A DNA stretch of 64,000 bases from Bacteroidales bacterium (GTDB lineage Bacteria; Bacteroidota; Bacteroidia; Bacteroidales; WCHB1-69): assembly GCA_017506175.1 (NCBI GenBank), contig JAFVNW010000009.1:2754-66753 (forward strand). The letters are read 5' to 3'. Shown here piece after piece: positions 10,760-19,790 of the stretch (positions within the stretch are counted from its first letter, which is position 1; each line of letters starts with the position of its first letter). The position numbers were made by a program, and so were the translations under genes. The notes beneath the pieces are model-generated. The model did no database searches. It had not been told where the DNA came from and saw only the letters and a program-made list of their open reading frames with translations.

Positions 10760-12073
10760 ATGGACTGGCAGAAACTACTAACTAACAAGCGACTACGCCC
10801 ATCCACAAGGGTAAAGGACACGCGGTCGGAGTTTGAAAGCGACTACGGACGTATCATCTTCAGTCCGGCAACGCGGCGGATGCACTCAAAAACGCAGGTC
10901 TTCCCGCTCACCGACAACGACAACATCCATTCGCGGCTCACACACTCACTGGAAGTGATGTCGGTGGGCTACTCACTAAGCATCTTGTTTTGTGAGAGCC
11001 GGATTTTTCAGGAAAAGACCGGAAAATCAAACTACGAGATGTTCCGCGAAATACCCATCATCCTACAAAACAGTTGCCTAATCCACGATATCGGCAATCC
11101 GCCTTACGGCCATTTCGGAGAAACCGTCATTCAAGAGTATTTCAAGAAATTCTTCACACAAGGCTCCGTCCCGTTTCAACTAACTGCCGAACAGCAACGC
11201 GATTTCATCCATTTCGATGGCAATGCACAAGGGCTACGAGTATTAACCAAATTACAGAGTATCAATGATATATATGGATTGAACCTCACTTGTACAACCT
11301 TGGCGGCTTGCATCAAGTACCCCAACTATGGTGATATTGTCAAGACACAAATAGAAAGAAAAAAGGTGGGGGTCTTTCAATCGGAGGTTGACTTTTTGAA
11401 CAGAATTGCCGATGAATGCGGACTTCGTGTCGGAGGTAGAATCATCCGGCATCCGTTGTGCTACCTCGTAGAGGCGGCCGACTCAATCTGTTATCTCACA
11501 ATGGATTTGGAAGACGGATTCAACAAACACCTCTACACTTTGGATGAATTAAGGGAGCGCATTCAGCAGGATTTTCCCCCGATAGACGAAATCATCGAGC
11601 GGGACATTCCCGACAGGGCCAAAATCACCATCATCCGCAACTCGTTGATTTCTGAACTCGTGAAACTGGCTTTCAACAGTTTCGAGGCACATATCGAGGA
11701 TATTGAAAATGGTACTTTCAACAAGGAGTTGATTTTCTTCGCCTCTCCCCTCGCCGACCATCTGCAACAATTCTGCATTGAAAAAATCTTCTCCATCCCG
11801 GCCATCTATCGTCTCGAATTAGTGGGGCACTCTGTTATCACCTGGCTGCTGGATTTCTTCATCGGCTGCCTTAGACACCCCAACAAAAACTATCGGGAAA
11901 GATGTGTCAAGATGCTGTCCGATAGCATTTTACAAATAGCGTTAACCGAAAACGGCTGCCCAAAATTCGAAGAATTGCCCGATTACTACCAATTGCGCGT
12001 CATTGTGGATAATATTGCCGGAATGACAGATCGCTACGCTCTGAATTTGTACCGCAAGCTCAAAGGTGAATAG
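10760..12073 (+). CDS. dgt: dGTP triphosphohydrolase-like HD-domain protein
   Basis: RLTHSLEV...HDIGNPPYGH HD motif and C-terminal AGMTDRYA. Start set to ATG 10760 (the track start is TTG 10754). Confidence 0.8.
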   Translation: MDWQKLLTNKRLRPSTRVKDTRSEFESDYGRIIFSPATRRMHSKTQVFPLTDNDNIHSRLTHSLEVMSVGYSLSILFCESRIFQEKTGKSNYEMFREIPIILQNSCLIHDIGNPPYGHFGETVIQEYFKKFFTQGSVPFQLTAEQQRDFIHFDGNAQGLRVLTKLQSINDIYGLNLTCTTLAACIKYPNYGDIVKTQIERKKVGVFQSEVDFLNRIADECGLRVGGRIIRHPLCYLVEAADSICYLTMDLEDGFNKHLYTLDELRERIQQDFPPIDEIIERDIPDRAKITIIRNSLISELVKLAFNSFEAHIEDIENGTFNKELIFFASPLADHLQQFCIEKIFSIPAIYRLELVGHSVITWLLDFFIGCLRHPNKNYRERCVKMLSDSILQIALTENGCPKFEELPDYYQLRVIVDNIAGMTDRYALNLYRKLKGE

Positions 12074-12158
12074 GAGTGCGAACGGCTCGCATTTCAGTTC
12101 ATACAAAAACAATAAATGATTATCAATCAACGTTAAGTAACGCCTATTAAAAATACGA

Positions 12159-12992
12159 ATGAAAAAAATCATACTCACTTTTTTACTCGGTCTGTCCTTG
12201 CTCCCTTGTTTCTCCCAGCAATCTGAGATCGGGGCCATGGTGGGGACATCCTTTTATCTGGGAGATCTGAATCCTCGCAAGTTGTTCGGGATGCCGCAAT
12301 TGGCTGGTGGAATCATCTACCGTTACAACTTCTCTCCTCGCTGGGCGCTCAAAGCCGATATACTCTTCGCGAAGGTGGCGGGCGACGACCAGATTACCAA
12401 CAAGCATTACGAACGCAATCTTCGTTTCACCTCTCCCATCACTGAGATTTCGGTACAGGCAGAGTTGAATTTCTTCAGGCTTTACAACGAAAGTGGCAAG
12501 AATTTCTTCACCCCCTATATCTTTGGCGGAATTTCCGTCTTCTCCTTTAATCCCCGCGCGGAAGACCCTGCCACTGGCATTGAATATGATTTACAGCCGG
12601 TCGGCACGGAAGGCCAGGGTCTGGAAGGGCAGCGCGACTTTTACTCCCTTACCAATGTAGCCATTCCTTTCGGCATTGGAATTCGATTCAACATAGCACG
12701 TTACCTTTGTATCGGCGCGGAATGGGGCTTGCGGTACACCTTCACCGACTACCTTGACGATGTGAGCGGCAACTACTACGACAACCAGGCGCTAAGTGAC
12801 CTTCGCGGACCGGCCGTCGCCCACCTCGCCGACAAGTCCGAAACGCTACACGAGGCGGGAACCGGCCGTGGCAATACCACTACAAAAGACATCTACTCCT
12901 TTGCCGGCGTAACCGTCACTTTCAAGTTCGGCAATATGGACAGGACTTGCAACCTCCGCACCAATATCAAACGTAAACCGGTCACTTATTAG
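12159..12992 (+). CDS. Small outer-membrane beta-barrel protein, DUF6089 / PorG-like (T9SS-associated family)
   Basis: 277 aa with a signal peptide and alternating beta-strand pattern. It sits directly upstream of uppS, as I recall for porG in Porphyromonas. Assigned by recollection. Confidence 0.5.
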   Translation: MKKIILTFLLGLSLLPCFSQQSEIGAMVGTSFYLGDLNPRKLFGMPQLAGGIIYRYNFSPRWALKADILFAKVAGDDQITNKHYERNLRFTSPITEISVQAELNFFRLYNESGKNFFTPYIFGGISVFSFNPRAEDPATGIEYDLQPVGTEGQGLEGQRDFYSLTNVAIPFGIGIRFNIARYLCIGAEWGLRYTFTDYLDDVSGNYYDNQALSDLRGPAVAHLADKSETLHEAGTGRGNTTTKDIYSFAGVTVTFKFGNMDRTCNLRTNIKRKPVTY

Positions 12993-13011
12993 GCGGATTG
13001 AGAATGGGAAG

Positions 13012-13764
13012 ATGAAAGGCACAGCGAATATGGAAGAGACACACAACATAATGCCAAGACATATCGCCATCATTATGGATGGGAATGGACGTTGGGCACA
13101 ACAGCGCGGGCTGGAGCGTGTTTACGGTCATCAGGCCGGCACCGAAGCCGTGCGCAGAGCAGTGGAAGCGTGCGCCAAAGCAAACGTACAATACTTGACT
13201 CTTTACGCCTTTTCGACAGAGAACTGGAATCGCCCCAAATCGGAGGTGGATGCTCTCATGCACCTGTTGGTCAAGGCGTTGCACGATGAAGTTCCAAAGT
13301 TGATGAAAAATCAGGTCCGACTAAACGCAATCGGTGCCATGGAGGATTTGCCGCAAGCCTGTCAGGATGAGTTCCGCTCAGCCATCGCCGAGACCAGCAG
13401 AAATACCGGATTGACTTTGACCATCGCGCTCAGCTACAGCGGACGCAACGAATGGGTGCGAGCCGCGAAGAAGGTATTTGACGATGTCGCGTGCCACAAG
13501 GTAACGAAAGATGACATTTGCGAAACGTACTTGAACTCCAAGATGGATACCGCTCAAATGCCCGATCCCGACATCCTGATTCGAACCGGCGGAGAGTGTC
13601 GTATCAGCAATTTCCTTTTGTGGCAGCTGGCCTACACCGAACTCTTCTTCCTGCCCGTAATGTGGCCGGATTTCAAGGGGGACCATCTTCGCGAAGTCAT
13701 CTCCCAATTCCAATCGCGTGAGCGCAGATTCGGGAAGACTTCTGAACAGGTGACACCCCGCTAA
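13012..13764 (+). CDS. uppS: Undecaprenyl-diphosphate synthase (isoprenyl transferase)
   Basis: IAIIMDGNGRWA, TLYAFSTENWNRP and FLLWQLAYTELFF motifs. The exact start is uncertain (13012, 13030 or 13051). Confidence 0.9.
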   Translation: MKGTANMEETHNIMPRHIAIIMDGNGRWAQQRGLERVYGHQAGTEAVRRAVEACAKANVQYLTLYAFSTENWNRPKSEVDALMHLLVKALHDEVPKLMKNQVRLNAIGAMEDLPQACQDEFRSAIAETSRNTGLTLTIALSYSGRNEWVRAAKKVFDDVACHKVTKDDICETYLNSKMDTAQMPDPDILIRTGGECRISNFLLWQLAYTELFFLPVMWPDFKGDHLREVISQFQSRERRFGKTSEQVTPR

Positions 13765-15059
13765 CAGCTGTTCGTTATTATCTTGTTTCCGATTTCACAC
13801 TGGATGCAGCGTTTTTTTACACAATAATGATGGTTCAACTCTAAAATCGCTTGCGATTCCAAGGCTGTTTCATGGGGGAATCCAGCAATGGCATACTGTT
13901 TCGTAATCGCATTTTGCTCGTAAGCCATACTCTCCAAAAGCGCAAGACATTTTTCTTTCAAAGCCTCATCGCCTCTGAATGAGGCATAGGAAAAACGGAT
14001 AGGGACTACTGTATTGATAATCAACAGGCTGACTGTTTGTTTACCAATCAGGCAAGAGTGTCCCTGCTTTGCAGAATGAGTGCTGACGGAAGGCGCGGAT
14101 TCCTTGCCGAAATGACGGTGCGTTTTCCAGTAGGAATGCGGTTCAAAATCGGAGAGGGCAGAAAACTGCGCAATGTCCTCACCGCTGATAATCGACTCAA
14201 TAATATCTGGAATACGATAAAGGCACTCACAAAGTTGAGCGATTCGAATACAGGGGAAATTCTGAGGACGCAGGCGAAGCAGATTCCAGATTTTCAACGG
14301 GATGGACATCAAATTATACTTGAAGCGCAAATAGCTGTATTCGGATTGCAAAGCCTGATAATAATTATCATCAGGCAAATCTGCATCTAAAAAACCGCTC
14401 TGTCCAAAGAACAAGGCGTATATTTGCAAGCGCGAATCCTTGTGCTTTAACAATATCCTATACGGGATGCTTTCCGCAAGCAACTCGAAAGCTGGCGCAT
14501 TGGTACGAAATCCGAAATTCGCCACCAGACATCGGAAGACAGCCTCCTGCCAACTGTCATGGCAAAGATGTAATGTAGTAAAAAAATCCTCCTGCCGTCT
14601 CTCCAAACGCGTAACCATCAACCTTGAAAGCCAACTAGCGAACTGCAAGGATGTGATATTCCCCAGTTCAGTTCGGCAAGGCAGGAGCTCTTGCGACAAG
14701 GAGAGTCGCTCATACTCCGCAATCAGCTGCGGAGCTATATAGTCCTTCAATTCCAATGTCGGGAAATTGGCACCGACGTCCACGTCGTTTAGAAAGACCA
14801 CATGCAGAATGAGACTTTGATATTTGGCATCATTCTGATGTCCATGCCTGAACCAATCAGAAGCGTTCACATGAATCTCAACATCCCCGACCCAAGTAAA
14901 ACCATCCAGTTTGATGATGGCCTGCTTAAAGTCCGGTCCTGCATCCCGATGCGGGAAACCCGGGTCAACAATGATGAGCTTACGATTGTCCGTCGTTTGC
15001 AAATGGTATCTGGAAAAAATCCGGTTTTTCCAAAAATAGTGAAGCAGCATTTCATCCAT
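13761..15059 (-). CDS. DUF2851 family protein
   Basis: 432 aa. N-terminus LLHYFWKNRIF...DPGFPHRDAGPDF...VEIHVNASDWFRHGH matches my memory of DUF2851. Confidence 0.6.
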   Translation of the reverse strand: MDEMLLHYFWKNRIFSRYHLQTTDNRKLIIVDPGFPHRDAGPDFKQAIIKLDGFTWVGDVEIHVNASDWFRHGHQNDAKYQSLILHVVFLNDVDVGANFPTLELKDYIAPQLIAEYERLSLSQELLPCRTELGNITSLQFASWLSRLMVTRLERRQEDFFTTLHLCHDSWQEAVFRCLVANFGFRTNAPAFELLAESIPYRILLKHKDSRLQIYALFFGQSGFLDADLPDDNYYQALQSEYSYLRFKYNLMSIPLKIWNLLRLRPQNFPCIRIAQLCECLYRIPDIIESIISGEDIAQFSALSDFEPHSYWKTHRHFGKESAPSVSTHSAKQGHSCLIGKQTVSLLIINTVVPIRFSYASFRGDEALKEKCLALLESMAYEQNAITKQYAIAGFPHETALESQAILELNHHYCVKKRCIQCEIGNKIITNSC

Positions 15060-15285
15060 ATCACTACGAGTTTGATTAGTATTTTTAGTGCTACAAAGGT
15101 ACGAACGGAAAGCGATTTCAACAAGGGCTCGATTTGAAAAAGTTATGTTTCGGGATTCCCAAGGCGAAGAAAGCTAATGCAAACGATTCAATATCAACAA
15201 ATAAAAAAAAAGAAAAAATTTTTTCTTCTGCACAAAACAGAAAGGGAAAGTGCAAATATCAAATCAAAAAATGCAACAGAAAAAG

Positions 15286-15311
15286 AATCGCTTCACGAAA
15301 GTCAAGCGATT
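15286..15311 (-). terminator. Hairpin + T-run downstream of the dCMP deaminase gene
   Basis: AATCGCTT (15286-15293) pairs with AAGCGATT (15304-15311). On the minus strand it is followed by TCTTTTTCTGTTGCATTTTTT. Confidence 0.45.
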
Positions 15312-15330
15312 TTAGAAGAAAACAGATTGA

Positions 15331-15834
15331 TCAATGGTTTTCCGGGTAACAAAGGATTTCATCGGAGAAGAACTCGATAGCAACCCCTGCCTGACGGAAC
15401 ATTTCCTCGGATTCAGCCCCCGCATGATATTTCTTTTCACATACCACACGCGTGATTCCACAGTTGATAATGAGCATGGCGCAAACCCGACAAGGGGTCA
15501 TCCGGCAATATAAAGTACTGTTATTCAACGAAATGCCCAATTTGGCAGCTTGGCAAATCGCGTTCTGCTCAGCATGTACCGTACGAACGCAATGCTCCGT
15601 AACCGTCCCGTCTTCGTGAACCGTCTTCTTCAGCTGATGCCCGACTTCATCACAATGAGGTAACCCCTTCGGAGAACCCACATAGCCGGTTACCAGAATC
15701 TGACGGTCGCGAACCACGACACAACCGCTGCGCCCACGATCACAGGTGGCACGGCTGCTGACCGCATTCGCTATCTCCATAAAATACTCATCCCATGAAG
15801 GACGCACATACTTTTCTGTCATGATCTTATACAT
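15331..15834 (-). CDS. Deoxycytidylate (dCMP) deaminase
   Basis: Zinc-binding CDA motifs VHAEQNA and TPCRVCA. 167 aa. Confidence 0.85.
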   Translation of the reverse strand: MYKIMTEKYVRPSWDEYFMEIANAVSSRATCDRGRSGCVVVRDRQILVTGYVGSPKGLPHCDEVGHQLKKTVHEDGTVTEHCVRTVHAEQNAICQAAKLGISLNNSTLYCRMTPCRVCAMLIINCGITRVVCEKKYHAGAESEEMFRQAGVAIEFFSDEILCYPENH

Positions 15835-16334
15835 TGTAATATATACTCATCAATAAAGCCGGATTCTGTCAGCACCCAATCTTTTTTCACTCCACAAATT
15901 TCAAAACCCGCACGCTGGAATAAACGCAGACTGACGGGATTATTCTTCATGACATTGCAAAAAATCTGATGTACCATTACAACATCAAAAAGATAGTTTT
16001 TCAACAACAAGATGCTTTCCAAACCATAGCCCTTGCCTCTGAAAGCAGGATCAATGAGGATTCCGACGCCGGCACGCCGATTCCCCGGCTCAAAATCAAA
16101 CACGTCCACCGCCCCAACGGTCTTTTTCGTCGCCTTCTCCCCTACCATCAGCCTAAGCTGCCGGTTGACATAAATGTCTTGCGAAGACGTCTCAATAAAT
16201 TTCTGAAGGATGTATTTAGAAAATGGCGCCGTGGTATTGCTGACCGTCCAATTGTCGGTGGTGTTTTCCCACTCGTACAGAATCTGCAAGTCGTCAGGTT
16301 CCATCGCACGCAAGAAGACATTTACCCCAACCAT
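15819..16334 (-). CDS. GNAT family N-acetyltransferase
   Basis: 171 aa. RGKGYG acetyl-CoA-binding motif (Q/RxxGxG/A type). ATGA overlap with the upstream gene. Confidence 0.7.
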   Translation of the reverse strand: MVGVNVFLRAMEPDDLQILYEWENTTDNWTVSNTTAPFSKYILQKFIETSSQDIYVNRQLRLMVGEKATKKTVGAVDVFDFEPGNRRAGVGILIDPAFRGKGYGLESILLLKNYLFDVVMVHQIFCNVMKNNPVSLRLFQRAGFEICGVKKDWVLTESGFIDEYILQCIRS

Positions 16335-17149
16335 CAGTCAATCAATCTTTTAACAATCCGCAAAAGGTGTGTATAAGCACCTTTCTCTTGATTGAAAATG
16401 CCTGTGGAGTCCAATGTGTCAATTCTGACTTTTCCGCTGGCATGGATGATTTTCTGCTCTCCACACAAAATTCCCACATGACAAATATGCCCTTCGTCAT
16501 TATGGAAAAACGCGAGGTCGCCGATTTGTGTTTCCTGGACGAAATCCACAGTTCTTCCCAATTCCGCCTGTTGTGAAGCGTCGCGGGGCAAGGCGATTCC
16601 AATGCTTTTATAAACAATTTGCGAGAAACCAGAACAGTCGATTCCGGCCGGTGTCCTTCCTCCCCAAAGATAGGGAGCCTGCAAGTAGGACGCCGCGAAG
16701 TGCATCATTTGCACCTGCTGGTCGGAAAGGCCGTTGACAGCGGCAAGCGGCGTTTCGGAAGGCAGTTGAACCATAAAAATGGAGTCTCCCAAGATAAGAA
16801 TGCCGTCTTTGGGGTATGGGAACGACGACCCGATGAAAATGGGGAACGTGATATTGCTTTCAAAAGCTTTTATGAAAAAAACAAAATCACGAACCACGTA
16901 CTTGGGGGCAGACAAATAACTTTCAACATCCTTATAATGGAGTGGATTGAAGAGCTTTGCATCGATCCACCCCTCATAACTACAATCAAATGTCTTGATT
17001 TTCAACCAATTGCCTACTTCTTCAATCACAGAATAAGCATCGCCGAAAAGAAGCTGGGAAACCATCTCGGATTTTTCGGACGGTTCCGCACGCATAGGAA
17101 TTAGGGAGAGATTGGCGACTCCGCATTTAAGATTCAAGTCCACGTTCAC
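16334..17149 (-). CDS. NlpC/P60 (C40) cell-wall peptidase with N-terminal SH3-like domain
   Basis: Catalytic Cys context GIDCSGFSQIVY and His in ICHVGIL. Confidence 0.8.
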   Translation of the reverse strand: MNVDLNLKCGVANLSLIPMRAEPSEKSEMVSQLLFGDAYSVIEEVGNWLKIKTFDCSYEGWIDAKLFNPLHYKDVESYLSAPKYVVRDFVFFIKAFESNITFPIFIGSSFPYPKDGILILGDSIFMVQLPSETPLAAVNGLSDQQVQMMHFAASYLQAPYLWGGRTPAGIDCSGFSQIVYKSIGIALPRDASQQAELGRTVDFVQETQIGDLAFFHNDEGHICHVGILCGEQKIIHASGKVRIDTLDSTGIFNQEKGAYTHLLRIVKRLID

Positions 17150-17177
17150 GGTCTTAGGAATCTGGAATCATCAAATT

Positions 17178-17717
17178 TTAGAATGGGAGGCCGTCATCAG
17201 AAGGTTGTTCCAATCCAGGGGCAGTCGGAGGAATCGGGGGCAGTTGCGAAGGACCTTGGGGAAAACCCTGAGGAGCGGGGTTCTGATATTGCGGAGCGGG
17301 TTGCTGCGGATAGCCTTGCGGAGCCGCTTGCGGGTATTGAGGCGGATAACCACCTGCTTGAGGCGGATATTGCTGACCGTAAGGCTGTTGCGGCATCTGC
17401 GCGTAACCGGGCTGCGGCATACCGGGTTGAGCCATCTGCTGTTGACTCGGGCGCTCCAATTTCCAAGCGCGGACATCAGTGTACCACTTGCCGTTGAACT
17501 CGCGCGATTCGATATTGACATAGGCCCAAATCATATCGCCCACTTGGAACTGTTCCAACATCGGGATCACATTGGTCCAAAGGCCGATACAGATTTTACG
17601 AGGGTACTGTTCCACCGTTTCAATAATGAAGTTCTGTTTTTTCCATTCGCCACGGGCACTTGTACCCGTTTCAATCTCTAATTTTTGAATGATTCTTCCT
17701 TCGACTTTTATTTCCAT
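17178..17717 (-). CDS. DUF3127 domain protein with Q/P-rich linker and SSB-like acidic C-terminal tip
   Basis: 179 aa. The N-terminal ~90 aa (MEIKVEGRIIQKLEIETGTSARGEWKKQNFIIE...) matches my memory of DUF3127. The C-terminal half is Q/P/G/Y low complexity ending ...PSDDGLPF. Confidence 0.6.
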   Translation of the reverse strand: MEIKVEGRIIQKLEIETGTSARGEWKKQNFIIETVEQYPRKICIGLWTNVIPMLEQFQVGDMIWAYVNIESREFNGKWYTDVRAWKLERPSQQQMAQPGMPQPGYAQMPQQPYGQQYPPQAGGYPPQYPQAAPQGYPQQPAPQYQNPAPQGFPQGPSQLPPIPPTAPGLEQPSDDGLPF

Positions 17718-17725
17718 AATGCAAA

Positions 17726-18721
17726 TTATTTACCTTGATTTTTCTTTTCTTTATCTGTTTTTTCCTTTTTCCCGAAAACAGTCACGTTGATGTAGCGTTT
17801 CGGGTTGGCTTTGATATCTACGACCAAATCCTTGAGGCTTTGGATGGTTTCCTCCACCTTGTTCACCACCGTTTCCTCGCTCATGAGATTGCCGATGGTG
17901 CCTTCGCCGCGGTTGACCTTGGCGACCATCTCCTTCACTTCAACAATCGTTTGGTTGGCGTTGGCGATCACCTCGGCGATTTCCGCTTTCGCCAAAGTAT
18001 CGGAGATCTTGTCAAAATTGTCCAGGATCTGCGTCAATTGCGGGGACGCCTCGTCAAGGGTCTTGCCGAAGCGGTCAAGGCTGGTCACCAAGCTGTTGAC
18101 CTTGCCTTTGTTATCTGCCAGTATATCATTAAGATTGTGGGTGGCGGCCTCGATGTTTTCGAGGGTGGCCTTGAGATTCTCACCGCCACCGTCCTTATGG
18201 AGTACATCTTTCAACTCCATGCCGATGGTATCGACGCTGGCGACCACGCTGGCAATCTGGTCCTTCATATCGGCGATGCCGTCGAGCATGCCGGGTTTGA
18301 CGGAACAGGGAATCGTATCGCCATCGCTGAAGGTGGATTTGGAGGTGCCCATCACAATATTGAGGACGTTGCCCCCCAACAAGCCGTTGGCCATCACCTC
18401 CAGACGGGAATCGTCAGGCAAGTCGAAATTCTCGTTAAAGAGAATATGAGCGCAGATACGGGGAGGGTTGGCACTCAACATCTCCACGCTTTGCACCATA
18501 CCGACCTTGTAACCAGAAAGCCACACTTGCGTGTTCTGCTGAACGCCCGTCGCATTGTCCATCAAGCAATAATAATAGGTCTTTTTATGGAAGACATTGA
18601 TACCTTTCAAGAAATTACAGCCGATATAAAAAACCACAATAGCGCAAATGCACAAGATGGCGACGCGAATTTTTTTCTTGCTATCTTTCACATCTTGCGG
18701 ATTCTTTGATTTTTTATCCAT
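17726..18721 (-). CDS. MlaD/MCE family protein
   Basis: N-terminal TM helix, MCE domain (VWLSGYKVGMVQSVE) and a long helical C-terminus. Start set to ATG 18721 (MDKKSK...). Confidence 0.7.
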   Translation of the reverse strand: MDKKSKNPQDVKDSKKKIRVAILCICAIVVFYIGCNFLKGINVFHKKTYYYCLMDNATGVQQNTQVWLSGYKVGMVQSVEMLSANPPRICAHILFNENFDLPDDSRLEVMANGLLGGNVLNIVMGTSKSTFSDGDTIPCSVKPGMLDGIADMKDQIASVVASVDTIGMELKDVLHKDGGGENLKATLENIEAATHNLNDILADNKGKVNSLVTSLDRFGKTLDEASPQLTQILDNFDKISDTLAKAEIAEVIANANQTIVEVKEMVAKVNRGEGTIGNLMSEETVVNKVEETIQSLKDLVVDIKANPKRYINVTVFGKKEKTDKEKKNQGK

Positions 18722-18768
18722 AATTAAAGCCTTAATTGTCAAAAACTTACATTCACCAAAGCGGTTCG

Positions 18769-18776
18769 CAAAGTTA
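18769..18776 (-). promoter_or_regulatory. Putative -7 promoter box (TAnnTTTG) for the mlaD-like operon
   Basis: The plus strand reads CAAAGTTA, which is TAACTTTG on the minus strand, 48 nt upstream of ATG 18721. Confidence 0.4.
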
Positions 18777-18903
18777 CACAAATTTCTTTAATGAAGAGGG
18801 CTTTCTTTAGAAAATATTAAAAAATGGAGATCCGCAATAATGCCACTAAACAAAACAGCGAGGTGAGTTTAATGAACAGTGGGGAATTGAGATAGTTGAA
18901 GGC

Positions 18904-19674
18904 TCACATTTGTACCAGATGCTGGCAAATGCGCTCAAAGTCGGCAACCGAGAGCTGCTCAGGTCGCTTGGCGAAGATCTCATCAGCGAGGAAGCCTTCG
19001 GGGAACTGCAATGTTTTCAAGGAATTGCGCAGGGTTTTGCGGCGCTGGTTGAAGGCGGTTTTCACCACCATCTTAAACAGTGTTTCATCGCAGTTGAGGT
19101 GTTTGTCTGGATTCCTTCTCAGCCGGATGACCGCCGACTTCACCTTGGGAGGAGGATTGAAGGAGTGTTCGTGCACGGTAAATAGGTAATCGATATCAAA
19201 GAATGCTTGGAGCAGGACACTCAATATCCCATACATTTTTTTCCCTGGTGCAGAGGCGATCCTTTCCGCCACTTCCTTCTGGAACATCCCCACAGATTCG
19301 GTCACTAAATCCTTGTTTTCCAATATCTTGAAAAGGATTTGCGAAGAGATGTTATAAGGGAAATTGCCGATGATGCTGACGGGGGAAGTGTACATTTCAG
19401 CAAGGTCCAATTTCAAGAAATCGGCGGGAATGATGTGTGGGACTAACGACGGGAACCGTTGCCGAAGATACTCAACCGACTCCCTATCCAATTCCACCAC
19501 TTTGAAATCGATGTCTCGTTTCTCCATCAGGAATTGCGTCAGCACCCCCATACCGGGACCGATTTCGAGAACATGCGCATTCGGAGTCTGCAACGCGTCA
19601 ACAATATCACGGGCGATGCCCTCGTCATTCAAAAAATGCTGTCCTAAAGATTTCTTTGCACGAACTGACTTCAT
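18904..19674 (-). CDS. rsmA: 16S rRNA (adenine1518/1519-N6)-dimethyltransferase
   Basis: KSLGQHFL N-terminal motif and SAM motif VLEIGPGMGVLT. 256 aa. Confidence 0.9.
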   Translation of the reverse strand: MKSVRAKKSLGQHFLNDEGIARDIVDALQTPNAHVLEIGPGMGVLTQFLMEKRDIDFKVVELDRESVEYLRQRFPSLVPHIIPADFLKLDLAEMYTSPVSIIGNFPYNISSQILFKILENKDLVTESVGMFQKEVAERIASAPGKKMYGILSVLLQAFFDIDYLFTVHEHSFNPPPKVKSAVIRLRRNPDKHLNCDETLFKMVVKTAFNQRRKTLRNSLKTLQFPEGFLADEIFAKRPEQLSVADFERICQHLVQM

Positions 19675-19737
19675 AATACTTGGTTAATAATGCATATCGA
19701 CCGAAAACGAAGAAGCAACATCTCCGACCTCATAGTT

Positions 19738-19775
19738 AAAAAAAATGCCCACCTTGACGGGCAGGCATTTTTTCG
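19738..19775 (-). terminator. Short GC hairpin flanked by A8/T7 runs downstream of rpsA
   Basis: AAAAAAAATGCCCACCTTGACGGGCAGGCATTTTTT. ATGCC pairs with GGCAT (alternative: CCC with GGG). On the minus strand it is followed by a T-run. Confidence 0.5.
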
Positions 19776-19790
19776 TAAGGTATTGAAAGA

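Noticed and set aside
15134-15349. 71-aa and 67-aa lysine-rich ORFs in the 270-bp spacer between the DUF2851 and dCMP deaminase genes
   Set aside because: They are a product of A-rich promoter/terminator DNA, start at a non-ATG codon and run through the terminator hairpin. I found no support for coding.
17112-17681. Several ORFs in other frames or on the other strand across the Q/P-rich part of the DUF3127 gene (for example a 189-aa R/L-rich ORF)
   Set aside because: Low-complexity repetitive DNA stays open in many frames. Only the minus-strand frame joins to a recognisable N-terminal domain.
17735-18709. 324-aa and 214-aa plus-strand ORFs over the MlaD-like gene. Similar antisense ORFs lie over the TamL-like gene (5299-6141), the TonB-dependent receptor (25716-26636), PBP1A (27729-28622) and the TlpA-like gene (36036-37172).
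   Set aside because: All are antisense to genes with clear family motifs, and none has motifs of its own.
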